DNA of 64,000 nt from Eledone cirrhosa (Eukaryota). Location: the NCBI GenBank assembly GCA_964016885.1, contig OZ024740.1, forward strand, positions 53,878,001 through 53,942,000. Direction: 5' to 3'. The notes beneath the pieces are model-generated. The model had not been told where the DNA came from. It saw only the letters and a list, made by a program, of their open reading frames with translations, and made no database searches. Both the position numbers and the translations under genes were made by a program. Shown here piece after piece: positions 12,078 through 23,749 of the stretch; the stretch's first letter is position 1, and each line of letters opens with the position of its first letter.

Positions 12078-12800
12078 GATATTTGTTTATTGAAAAAAAC
12101 AAAGATTCAATACAATAGGTCTGTTTGGGAACAGGTTTTGAATTGACCAATAGAGAGATAGTGAGGGTCAAGATAGTAATATAGTAGTAGAAGAACCTTA
12201 AATTATGGGTAGAGGAAGGTAGATTTCAGTTTTGGATGGAAAAGAATATTATGAATGAAGGAATATTTTAGGGAAGAAATAGGTCTTATGCTGACCTCAG
12301 AAATAATTTTATTTGTTCATTGAATAAAACTAACAAAGATCTAATATATTCTGTCTGTTTAGTAAGAGGTTTAGAATTAACCAATAGAAAGTTAATAATT
12401 GGCCAAATGGTAAAATAGTAGTAATTGAAGCTTATTTTAGGGCTGAAAATAGGTCAGGTGGTCAGTAAAAGGTATACAAGCAGTTGCTGTTATAAAATAG
12501 TAATGCCAATACAAATATCTAAGGTGACTAAAGTTTTACGATAAGAATGTTAGTGAAAAAAATACATCTATGAAAATAAAATAAATTAATTTAATTGATG
12601 GGTATATTTATATTGATAAAATTATACTAATACATATAGATATGATAAATAAGAGTTAGATGCAGTCGAAAAGTGCTGTTAAAGATGAGGGGAAATTAAA
12701 AGAATATAAACATAATATATATATATACTTATATATATATATATATATATACATATATATACACATACACACACACATATACACACACATATATATATAT

Positions 12801-12851
<51 letters not shown>

Positions 12852-13151
12852 CATGCATATATACATACATACATATATATATATACACACATACACACTT
12901 ACATATACATATAATTATTGGGGGGCGGGATTAAATTTATTAGTGAGAAATAATAAATATATATAGTTTTCAAGGAACATAGAGTCATAACCTGAAGTTA
13001 AAGCATTATATATGTTTACTTAATGGTATCAGTTTTAGGAAATGATAGTTGTAAGAAGGAAAGCAAAATTATGTAGTTCATCAGTAGTAGAATATTAATT
13101 ATAGGTTATCTAAATTAAAAATAGTTTATATATTAATTTCTAAAGTGTATA

Positions 13152-13517
13152 TTAATTAGGTTTATAATATTTAAAGGTTTTTCTCAGTTTATGATTACAC
13201 GATATTATTAATTCCTGTCGCTTATTTAATAGGATATCCTTAGATTTCATTATTTCAAAAAGTTCTTGGGAACATAATCTACATTCATATCTACTATTTT
13301 GATAAGGGGTGGCCCTTTTGAGCACACTCCAGGTCAGGTCATAATCTATATTCCTCTTTCTATAACTATTAATTATTTCAGCTAGAGATGTTGTATTAGC
13401 TAGTGCGGCATTTTTAAAACTATGTTTGTGGATATTAAATCTTACCTTAAATTTGTTAGAGGTAGCTCCTATATATGAATAAATTGAGTCCTTAGTGTTA
13501 ACTTTACATTTATATAC
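13152..13517 (-). pseudogene. GIY-YIG endonuclease fragment of Naiad-like PLE (open frame of about 121 aa, no start codon)
   Basis: VYKCKVNTKDSIYSYIGATSNKFKVRFNIHKHSF..WSVLKRATPY..CRLCSQE..LLNKRQELIISCNH..*; absent from the ORF track. Confidence 0.85.
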
Positions 13518-13726
13518 ATTTAGGAACTGTTTCTTCGTTTATTCATTATTTTATTAATTTATCTTGACTCTGTTTTCCGTTTATTTTTCACCGAAAAGAG
13601 TTTTTGAATGCATCTTCTCTTTTCATGATATCCGGATTACATTGAGTTCTTCATACGGATTGGACATACCGTAAACTTTTGGTAGATTTATCTACATGTA
13701 TATATATATATATTTTTTTTTTTTAT

Positions 13727-13930
13727 GGGCTAAATCAATACAAATCGAACCTTGAGCTGATCAGTGGCGAAACGCGCGTCACCAACCAATAAACGTAATG
13801 AAGGAGTAACCACTCGTCCTTATTTTATTTTATTATACTACCCTCTGTCTAGCTCTACACCTCTACACAGAAGTGAACCTAAACATCGAGTGCTCACCCG
13901 GGTGAAATTACAGTTACTCCACGTTACATA
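13727..13930 (+). mobile_element. PLE-type terminal repeat fragment with the 3' half of an HHR (GAAACGCGCGTC); inverted copy at 15365-15566
   Basis: Near-identical reverse complement at 15365-15566 and a direct copy at 15580-15688. Confidence 0.65.
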
Positions 13931-13938
13931 CCCTGGAC

Positions 13939-13971
<33 letters not shown>

Positions 13972-14001
13972 AAGAGGAAGAGAGAGTGAGTGAGAGATTG
14001 C

Positions 14002-14059
<58 letters not shown>

Positions 14060-14196
14060 CTGCGCTGCTGAGACCGTAGAGACCACTAATCATGTGAGTA
14101 CTTGTTACATGAGATGTGTAAAATATCGACCGCGGCAACAATAAGTCTGAAACCGCTTGGCGCCGCGGTTGGGATTTACACATCTCTTTCTCTTTC

Positions 14197-14241
<45 letters not shown>

Positions 14242-14286
14242 TTTCCGACGGAAATACTTCATTCACACACACACAAACACACACAA

Positions 14287-14361
<75 letters not shown>

Positions 14362-14410
14362 TATATATATATATATATATATATATAGGAAGAAAGGAAG
14401 AAAGGAGTTT

Positions 14411-14482
14411 CTATCATCAGCTGTAAATGTATCCTGAACCGATGTTTCGGCGCTGAATTACAGGACATCGGTGTAGTTCGGG
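14411..14482 (-). ncRNA. Non-circularly permuted hammerhead motif (copy E)
   Basis: Minus strand ccgatg-TC-ctgtaa-ttcagcgcc-GAAA-catcgg-ttcaggatacat-ttacag-CTGATGA. Confidence 0.75.
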
Positions 14483-15163
14483 TGCGCCCGAGGCCTTTTA
14501 TTAATCAAAAGGCCAGGTGGAAAAGGAGAGAGAAAAGGAAATAGAGGGATAGGAGGAAGAACAGGGGGGGGGGGGGAAGAAGGGGAAAATAGGAAAGGAA
14601 TAGAAGAAAAAAAGTGTACAGATTCCATCGTGGGAAGACACAGGTGAAAGAAACATGCAAAAAAGTAACCGTGGAAAAATAGGGAAAGTTTTGTGGTCAA
14701 CTTTAGCCTGGTGGTCAGCTACGACTCTGAGCTTGTATAATCGTGCTGCCACTCACATAGACAGGAGAAAGTGAGAGAGAGTCACGGGCAACCAAATGTG
14801 AGGAGAAGAAGGGAAAGGGAGATAATCCAGAAGGTTTTTTTTACAACGGTGGTAAAAACATGCCGCAAAGATTGCGGACAGAGAGGCCACCACGCCACGT
14901 GTAAACATGTCAACAATCAAAACCGAACGGATGGATAGAGAGAGAGAGAGGGAGAGAAAAAAAAACGAGAATGAGGAGGAGAAGGGAAGAGAGAAGGGAG
15001 GGTCGATGCGAAAGTGTGGAGGGTACACAGATCGACCAAAGCAGGTAGGGTCACAGCGATTAATACAAAAAGTTATGAAACGAAAGGAGCTGTGTGGTTA
15101 CTAAAAACAATGCTTAGGATGGTGGTTAGGACGGAACAGGGGGAGAAAGGAAGAAGAGAGTTT

Positions 15164-15235
15164 CCATCGTCAGCTGTAAATGTATCCCGAACCGATGTTT
15201 CGGCGCTGAATTACAGGACATCGGTGTAGTTCGGG
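15164..15235 (-). ncRNA. Non-circularly permuted hammerhead motif (copy F)
   Basis: Minus strand cccgaactaca-ccgatg-TC-ctgtaa-ttcagcgcc-GAAA-catcgg-ttcggg-atacat-ttacag-CTGACGA-tgg. Confidence 0.78.
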
Positions 15236-15364
15236 TGCGCCCGAGGCCTTTTATTATTCAAAAGGCCAGGTGGAAAAGGAGAGAGAAAGAGAGAAAAAAA
15301 AGGAGAGAGAAAAGGAAAGAGGGGGAAAGGAGGAAGAACAGGGAGAAAAAAGATGAGTAAGAGA

Positions 15365-15683
15365 GTGTAACTTGGAGTTACTGTAGGTTCACCTGGGTGA
15401 GCACTCGATGATTAGGTTCACTTCTGGTAGAGGTGTAGAGCTAGACAGAGGGTATTATAATAAAATAAAACAACGACGATAGGTTACTCCTTCATTACGT
15501 TTATTGGTTGGTGACGCACGTTTCGCCACTGATCAGCTCAAGGTTCGATTTGTATCGATCTAGCCCGACTCTGTAAGTCGGGCTAGATCGATACAAATCG
15601 AACCTTGGGCTGATCAGTGGCGAAACGTGCGTCACCAACCAATAAATGTAATGAAGGAGTAACCTATCGTCCTTGTTTTATTT

Positions 15684-15688
<5 letters not shown>
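15365..15688. repeat. Fold-back (palindromic) PLE-terminus element centred at ~15573
   Basis: tagcccgact-ctgta-agtcgggcta centre; arms of about 110 bp match. Confidence 0.85.
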
Positions 15689-15749
<61 letters not shown>

Positions 15750-18689
15750 GCGTGTGTTTATGTATTTATATATGTGTGTATGTACGTTTGTATTCATGTG
15801 TGTGTGCGTGTATGTGTCTATGAGTGTGTGAATAAAGTGATCTATCTATATTCGAGTTCTGGACTGTTAATATGTTTTATTTATTGAATACAAGTTTCGG
15901 TATGTTCTTGCTATGTATATATCTGTCTTGGTATATGGCGATGTTAATGACGAAGACTGGTCGGAGGCACGGACGAAAATGGAACTGTTTAATGCTTTAC
16001 AGTGAGTCGCTTAATTAGCGACAAGAGCAGGTGTGTGCAGGCATGCAGAACAAATAAGTACCCAGTTTAGTTGGGGCTTATGTTCACACACGTGGAACAA
16101 ATAATTTAGACGATGGCCTCAGCTAGCTCAGCTATAATCTGAGTTGAGGGTTCTATTCACTAAAAAATTTGATGCTCCACTGCACGTCATCATGAAATGG
16201 GTTGCTGCATATATCGACAAGGAGATTAAAGAAGGAAGAGGATGCAGTTAAGTCTGTAGATAAATGTTTTCTACTTTCTTCTTCGTTTCTTTTTATCTCT
16301 CAGCCTCTCTCCTCCCCCTCTCACACCCTCCTTCTCCACCTCTTCTCTTCTTCTCCTCCTCCTTCATCTTCATCTTCATCTTCTTCTTCTTCTTCTCCTT
16401 CTTCTTCCTCCTCATTCCCGCCTTCTACCCCCTCTCTCTCTCTCTCTCTATATATATATATTATTTTTTCTTCTATTTTTACTCTCATAATATTATGTTT
16501 TCTGTTTTTAATTTTCTACTTTTTGCCAGACTTCCTGTATATATATTTTTTCTTCACGTCCCTCCTTTTTTCTTAAGCTTCTATTTCTTTGCCAGCCTTT
16601 CTGTAACTTTCTTACCCTTCTTTCTCCCTCTCTCTATCCTTTCTTTCCCTCTCTCTCACTTCCCCTCCCGCTCTACTACACATACTCATACTACTTCTCT
16701 CCTTTTTCCATTATTTTTCTCACTGCTTATTTTTGTCGCTCTCGCTATCCACCCCTTCCCCTTCTGTCTCCTTTCCTCCATCTATTCTCTATACCTCCTC
16801 CCTCTATAAATCACTTCATATTTTAATGACTGTTGCTAATGCAAGGCGTCATCGTCAATATCGTGTTTCTTGCACCATTATGCTGCCGTGTCCAGCGTTC
16901 ACTCTTATTGTTCAAAAGGCATTATGCTATAGGCATATTTTCCAGTGCGAATAAGAGGAGATTATTTATTTTTTTATACTTCTAAGTAGCTATTTCACTC
17001 ATATTTATTACAGAATAATAAAATCCAAAGTTAAGTATACGCATTCGGCAGTTACACGTTGTGTCGAATTGCGGAATTACCATGCTTGTCTTATGTGCTC
17101 ATTGTTAAAGAAAATGGTGCATGTGTATATGCGTGTATGTTTATGCAAACACACCCATACACATTTGAAATGTAGCCGTTCCAACGTAAATGACTATAAA
17201 AATATTTGATCATTATAAATTATATTTAATAAAATCAGGTAAATTACAGACGCGCCTCTGTTCATTTTTTCCTCTCTAAGGCACTTTACCCGATTTCCTC
17301 AACTAATATAGTGATCAACTATTGTTATATATATATATGCATATATGTGTATGTATATATATATATATATATATGCATTCATACATTCATGTATTCATAC
17401 ATATATATATCTATGCATTCATACATTCGTGCAAGCTTGCAAGAGTTTTGATAACATTCACGATAAAATCCTTGGCTTATTATTGTCTTCGTATAGATCC
17501 ATGATCACAACGATATGTACGGAATATACACCATGAGGACGGCAGACGATTACTGGGAAGACTACTACCTAATACTGTCTAACCGGCTAATCAGAAACAA
17601 AGCCAGTGAAGAATCAAATCTCACTCATATGAAATAAACTTAGATCAACTACAGCAGTGCTAGATCATTAAATGTCATCCATCAACCCAGTGCAGAAACA
17701 TGAACGTCCATTAAATTCAGAGACTGGCTGATATACGAGTTTTGTTTCTGTATGATTCAAGTAACGTATGGTCTTAGTATAACAGGTCTAACTCCCACAT
17801 TTCTATGGATGGTATAAGATATAAAAGTGGAGAATCATCTAACAATAATGATTAGGAAGAGTATTTTGAATAGTTAATCGTGACTGCTGTGCATGCTCAA
17901 TGAAAGGCATCTGGGAAACATCACTTAAAAATAAATGATAATCACGAATTGAACCCCCACCCCCACCCCTGACTTTCTATATCCAAACAAAAAAAGCTAT
18001 GCACCGTCTATTAAAAGGGGTCAGATCCGACGAAATTCTGTCTCGAGTATATAACCTTGTGAATAGAGCCCTAAGTCCGAAGCTTCATGCCCGGTTTGTG
18101 CTAATCTGGGTAACCGAAGGCATACCAGCAACAAGAGAAGCACCATTAAAGCCTCAGTATGTTACCAGTTCTTCAACTACAGAGCAGTTCTTAATGAGTA
18201 TTATTCGAGTAAAGCAGATATGCTTTTAATTAGGTCACGTTCCTTTCAGATATATTTGACCCCACTCAGAGTAAAGATCTGCCTAGATTTTACGAATGAG
18301 ACGTCAACTGGAGATTGTCATAACCTTATACTTGTCTCAATAGTAAATGTCACCACTGACACCTACAAACATGTTGCCTCTTTTTGACTCTTCTGCTGTT
18401 ACTACAATGTTCTCTACACTTCATGATTTTGTAGTTTCATTCAGCTCCAGTCAAACATTTCCGACACATTATTCTATCCTCCACGCAGTGCCTATGTTAT
18501 GTTCACCCCACCTGACCTTGCATTGACGACTACGCCTCACCTTTCCTGCCCAGATCCTCGTCCATCTGGAACACTCACTTCATTCTTGTCTTTACAAAAT
18601 GAGTGTATTTGTCACAGTTTAAGCTTAACACCAACGATATCTTTGTCTCGTGTTCAGAGTGTTTGTGAAGGCGATGGTTACATACATTT

Positions 18690-19250
18690 CCTCTAATGGA
18701 TCTCCAAGCGCGAGCGACCGATCTTATGGATATTATCTTAACATTGTGCTCTTGTTCTACCTCAGGGCATGCTACCCGCTGAATTTACCCATAAAATCTG
18801 TCCAGCGAGTCTTTCCTTAGACACTCTAACCATATGTCCATAGTACCGGAACTGTGACATCTCAATGTGGAGAAGTAGTGACGCTACTTGTAACGATTAC
18901 ATGATCTCCGAGCTACGCACTCTATCAAATAATGTTGCCAAGGAACCTTCGCTGCACTAATTTTCATTTCTATCGTGCTGTACTTGGTAGAAATATATCA
19001 AGTCGGTGTCGGAGATTATATTGCGACGAGTTAAGTAACACTATGCCATCTGTAAATAGCAACAGAGGTATCCTAAACCCACCAATTTTGATACTACTTC
19101 CAACCCGGTTGCACATGTCAATCCTGTTCATGAGAAGTGATATGTACGCTTGGCGGAATCTGACACGCTCATTAAATGGCTTCGTCGTACCATACATGGA
19201 AAATTCATTATTGAGGTGTGGTGCCAAATAGGACTGGATGGGGGTGAGGT
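18690..19250 (-). mobile_element. Decayed RTE-clade LINE fragment
   Basis: ORF 18970-19227 PFNERVRFRQAYISLLMNRID..IPLLLFTDGIVLL (degenerate LFADD); downstream LLHIEMSQFRYYGHMVRV. Confidence 0.7.
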
Positions 19251-19667
19251 GGGGGTTTATACATACAAGTCTCCCGCGGTCGGAATATGTTATGGCAATT
19301 GATCCTATTGTTAGGAATGATTGGCTTTTTAATGATTAGGCTGAAAAAAGCCTCTGTAGATGGGTATGCGCCAAATAGTGTGTCTGAATGCTTGATTAAG
19401 TCACTATAACGGTAGATATAGTTATGAATGAGACATATATTGCGCTGGGAGCCCTCAATACACACGTTGGCACTGATCATCTGACAATGACAGTCACTAG
19501 AAGGGACGGTGACCCCGGTCTATACGGGAATGGATAAATCTTATTAGAATGCGCTAGTAATGGACTCTATTATGAAAAGCTTTTTCCAACACAAAGATAT
19601 CCATACGTATGCTTGCTATAAGAGAAATCGGGAACAGAGATCAGTGATTATTTTTTTTTTTTAAAGG

Positions 19668-19852
19668 GCGGTGGATTGGCATATCGGTAGAGGGTCGGAC
19701 GTCATGCTTTGACGCATAGAATCACGGCCCTTTCCATTCTGAGTTCAAATCCCGCCGAGGTCAACTTTGCCTTTCATCCTTACGGGGTCGATAAAATAAA
19801 GTACCAGTAATGAACTGGGGAATTGCTGGCCTTGTGCCAAAAGTAGAAACAA
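19668..19852 (+). mobile_element. tRNA-derived SINE S1
   Basis: Full head, central domain and tail. Confidence 0.88.
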
Positions 19853-19878
19853 TTTTTTTTTTTTTTAAATAATCACTG

Positions 19879-20064
19879 GGCAGTGGATTGGCAGAATTGG
19901 TAGAGGGTCGGACATGCTTTCCAGCATAGTTACGTCCCTTTACGACCTGAGTTCAAATCCCGCCGATGTTAACTTTGCCTTTCATCCTTACGAGGTCGAT
20001 AAAATAAAGTACCAGTAGTGTACTGTTTAATTATTGGCCTTGTGTCGAAAGTAGAAAGAATTAT
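19879..20064 (+). mobile_element. tRNA-derived SINE S1 (adjacent second copy)
   Basis: Full head, central domain and tail. Confidence 0.88.
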
Positions 20065-21049
20065 TTTTTTTTAAAATGCTATGTAGTTCCGTTTATTTAA
20101 TTTCTTTCATTCTTTTTCTTTAGTTTACTTATTGTTAATGCTTTGAACTAAAACAATACCTTTGGGGAATTGGATTTTCGTGTTTTGGAGCCATGATGCC
20201 TTGTTAATAGTATCACCTTACCAGTCAACTGCTCTTTAGGTTAGCTAGTGCACATTTGCTATTCACCAAGGAAAGACAACATCCACGCCCATTTTGCTCG
20301 TCTACTTAACCGTTTAAAAGAATAAAAGAATGATGGCGCTTGCCGCCATCTGTAATCAATCAACAGTGACAAGCGAAAGGAGGAGTGATAAAAGATTACA
20401 AGATGCAATAACACACATTTGTCAATGGCTTCGTTCACATAAATGCTCTGATCTTTGACTTAGCACATTAATCAAATATTATTTACACCGCTGTCTACTC
20501 ACACTGGGCGGGCTTTATGTCGAAATGTTATGATGCTATCGCTTTTACCTCGTTGCGGTTGACTAAATATTATGGCAGTTTAAGTGAAGAATTAGAGTAG
20601 ACAGACACGCTCTTATGACTTAATGTTTATTGGCGGTCGACCGCCAATTGTTAAGGCTGAAAGAAAATAATGCATTAAATCCGTATACAATCAATGGACT
20701 CGGTTTACAAAAGATATAATAAGCATTCAATTACCGCAGAATTATAGGTAAATAAATGGTTAATTATGCGGCAATAAATTACTGAAAACTAGAGGTGTAA
20801 AGATTATAATAATCTATTTCGTAAAGCCGTTACTCTCCTACCCTGCTGTTTTATCGCCTTACTTCGCTATGTTAGGATGTGACGTAGATGACATTTTAAA
20901 AGTAAACTGGCTTTCATGCAGAGACAGCTTAATCGTGTTGACAAGTCAGATGAAATATAGAGTAAGTAAATTAGTGGCTGCCCAAACAGCTTTACAAAAA
21001 CCAAATTATTTTATAGAGAAATAAGGGAATGTAAGTTAAATAGAAGATA

Positions 21050-21248
21050 TTAATTGTTTCTACTTTTGGCTCAAGGCCACCAATTATGCAAGTGTATTAC
21101 TGGTACTTTATTTCATCGACCCCCCCCCCCGTAAGGATGAAAGGCAAAGTTAACCTCGGCAGGATTTGAACTCGCACCATAAAGGGCCGTAACTCTTTGC
21201 TGCAAAGCATGGCGTCCGACCCTCTACCGATTCTGCCAATCCACCGAC
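21050..21248 (-). mobile_element. tRNA-derived SINE S1
   Basis: Reverse complement of the S1 consensus. Confidence 0.88.
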
Positions 21249-21800
21249 CTTTAAATAGAAGATATTAATGAGAGTGTGACTGAGAGATCGAGAGAGGAAA
21301 AGAGGGATGAGTGTATTAGAGGAGAGAGGTAACACTGAATAAATGAAAATATGTCATCAAATAATTAATTAATAAATCTTATATGTGTGTGTGCATATGA
21401 GCATATATGCATGTGTGCCTATGTGTGTGCGTATGAACATATGTGCATGTGTGTGTGTGTGTGTGTGTGTTTGCGAGTATGTATTTGTATAAATATGGCG
21501 ATTCACTTTGCTGCTTTATGTAAGAAACTTATCGTCGCAAATGAGTCACCTGATTCTTATAAAAAGAAAATACCCTGTGGCATGCATTGAGTACCGTTTC
21601 TTTTATGTACACGTGTATAAGTTATTTAAGTACACACAGAAACACGCACCCACACACACACACATCTATACGTGTATATATATATATTTATTATTATATC
21701 TGTTATTTTAATAAATATTTGCTCTATGTTTCTTATATATTTGATATATATTTATCCTTATCGACCCCTCTTTGGAATTTGGTCTTCGCATTATTATTAT

Positions 21801-21881
<81 letters not shown>

Positions 21882-22365
21882 TATATGTATGTATGTATTT
21901 ATGAGTGTCATATCGAATAATTATTATTCGATTCGTTTGCAAGCAAACAACTTCATTACGCTATGACTTTTAGATGACAGAAGTCATACGTTAGTTCTAG
22001 CAGTTGAATAGATAAACATTCAGCATATTTCTGGGTTATTGCCCTTTGTCAAGAATGTGTTTCCCTGTCTGCCACTTGCTTGAACTGTTGAAAATATATT
22101 ATATTTTCTAAAGTATACACGAGCTGATTACCTTATTTGAATATCGAGTGATTTTTCGGCTGGGGAGGAACCAAACTGTAATTTATTATTAATTTTCTGT
22201 ATGGCCAGCCGTAAATTTACTCCGTGTGCAAATAAGGCTAATGAGAAACATGTTCACTGTTTCTCTCTGCCACTGCTAGAAAAAACGGATGATGGGTGGT
22301 CATCTAAAAAACATAGTGAATTGAGGCTGTTTGTTTGCAAATGAATCGAATATTATTATCATTAT

Positions 22366-22550
22366 TAGATTGGCAGTATCGGTAGGTGGTCGGACGCCAT
22401 GCTTTCCAGCATAGTTACGTCCCTTAACGATCTGAGTTCAAATCCCGCCGAGGTTGACTTTGCCTTTCATCCTTACGGGGTCGATAAAATAAAGTACTAG
22501 TAATGCACTGGGTAATTGCTGGCCTTGTGCCAAAAGTAGAAACAATTATT
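22366..22550 (+). mobile_element. tRNA-derived SINE S1
   Basis: Matches the S1 consensus. Confidence 0.88.
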
Positions 22551-22629
22551 AGATATAAAACTCAAATACATTTATGTAACCAACTTTGTGAGCGCAAGGA
22601 ACAAAATTCTAATTATATATATATATATA

Positions 22630-23050
22630 AGCAAAAGGGATATTTAATTTGTTGGTAATTCAACAAATATATATGTTTATAACTGATTCGAAGCACTCGA
22701 GAAGTTTTCTGGAGTATAATATCAATGATATTAAATAAATGGAAACTATATTTATAAAACCATATTTATTCAATTATATATATTTCAAGGGTACCAAAAC
22801 ATTGGTACGTTCTCATCAGATAGAATATAAAGTTTGTTTTATAAATATTGACATATCCAGGAAGATCTTAACGGTTCAAGGAAAAACTTGAACCGTTAAG
22901 ATCTCCTTCTTGGATATATCAATATTTATAAAATCAACTTTGTATTTTATCTGATGAGAGCGTACCAAAGTTTTGGTACCCTTCAAAATATATATAATAG
23001 AATAAATATGGTTTAATAAATATAGTTTCCATTTATTTAATATCATATAT
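22630..23050. mobile_element. Fold-back element of family F1 with two inverted HHR motifs (22768-22826 -, 22944-23003 +)
   Basis: Centre agatcttaacggttcaag-gaaaaa-cttgaaccgttaagatct; arms ~150 bp; flanked by TA repeats. Confidence 0.85.
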
Positions 23051-23139
23051 ATATTTTTGAAACGATCGACTTTCGTCAAATCGGACCGAGGGAACAATGT
23101 TTCCGTTGGTCTTTCCAATTGCTAATACTATCTATCGGT

Positions 23140-23270
23140 CGCAACTCCAGGTAGAAAGAGCGACGTGAAATAAAGTGTCTTGCTCAAGGACATAACGCAT
23201 CGCCTGGTCCAGGAATCGAACTCACAACCTTACAATTGCGAACCCAATTCTCTAACCACTCAGCCACATA
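23140..23270 (-). mobile_element. CORE-type tRNA SINE 5' part (family S2)
   Basis: Minus strand gtggctgagtggttagag..gagttcgattcc..ccttgagcaagacactttatttcacg, matching 61170-61300. Confidence 0.8.
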
Positions 23271-23427
23271 AATTAATAACAGAACACACTCACTGTTTGG
23301 TTGGTTTTCGCTTCTGTGTCTTTTATATCGGCAATCTAATTTATTCGGTCCTCAATGTTGCCATTGACTGACCAACTGTCAAAAATAATACAGATACAAT
23401 ATAGGCACAAACACATATATATAGTTT

Positions 23428-23468
23428 ATCAAAGTTCTTTCGTTGCACATCTGCAACATCGTCAGTGG
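23428..23468 (-). ncRNA. Type I hammerhead motif in the 3' pLTR of the PLE at 23410-25275
   Basis: cca-CTGACGA-t-gttgca gatg tgcaac-GAAA-gaac-TT-tga; perfect 6-bp stem II, stems I and III partly decayed. Confidence 0.65.
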
Positions 23469-23749
23469 TGCTATTGTTTCCTCCCGTTACATTGTATGTC
23501 TACGCCATTTTTATTTAGTCTGTCTATATATTTATTTATTTATTTGTTTGTTTGTTTGTTTATTTTATTTTGTCTTCTTTGCGCATGCGTTTGCGTGTGT
23601 GTATAGTGTTTTGTTTGATGTGTGTTCGTGATTGGGTGACTGTGTATCGGTTAATGTATTCCATCTTTACTAGTGTGTGCTTATATGTGTTTGTTGTTAT
23701 AGTGCTTGTGTATGTATTTATTTATTTATTTATCTATTTATTTATTTAT

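Larger units (their letters stand above)
11886..13700 (-). mobile_element. 5'-truncated Naiad-like Penelope element: GIY-YIG end, 3' pLTR with HHR, inverted 5' pLTR piece
   Basis: Homologous to 31275-32320; inverted repeat 11886-11920 vs 13521-13559; HHR at 11940-12077. Confidence 0.8.
14388..15292 (-). mobile_element. Retrozyme-like non-coding element (family N1): ~145-bp direct repeats, each with a permuted HHR
   Basis: 14391-14535 repeated at 15144-15288; no credible ORF between them; predicted cleavage sites 753 nt apart. Confidence 0.7.

Noticed and set aside
13765-13792. ctgatca-gtggc-GAAA-cgcgcg-TC as a complete minimal HHR
   Set aside because: Core mismatch (CTGATCA) and no stem I; kept only as an HHR 3' half
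15940-16200. Possible solo LTR or host exon
   Set aside because: No TG..CA pair with TSD, no second copy, and no convincing splice or ORF signal
16202-16954. Ser/Phe/Leu-rich ORFs that look like membrane proteins
   Set aside because: Polypyrimidine low-complexity tract; no domain motifs
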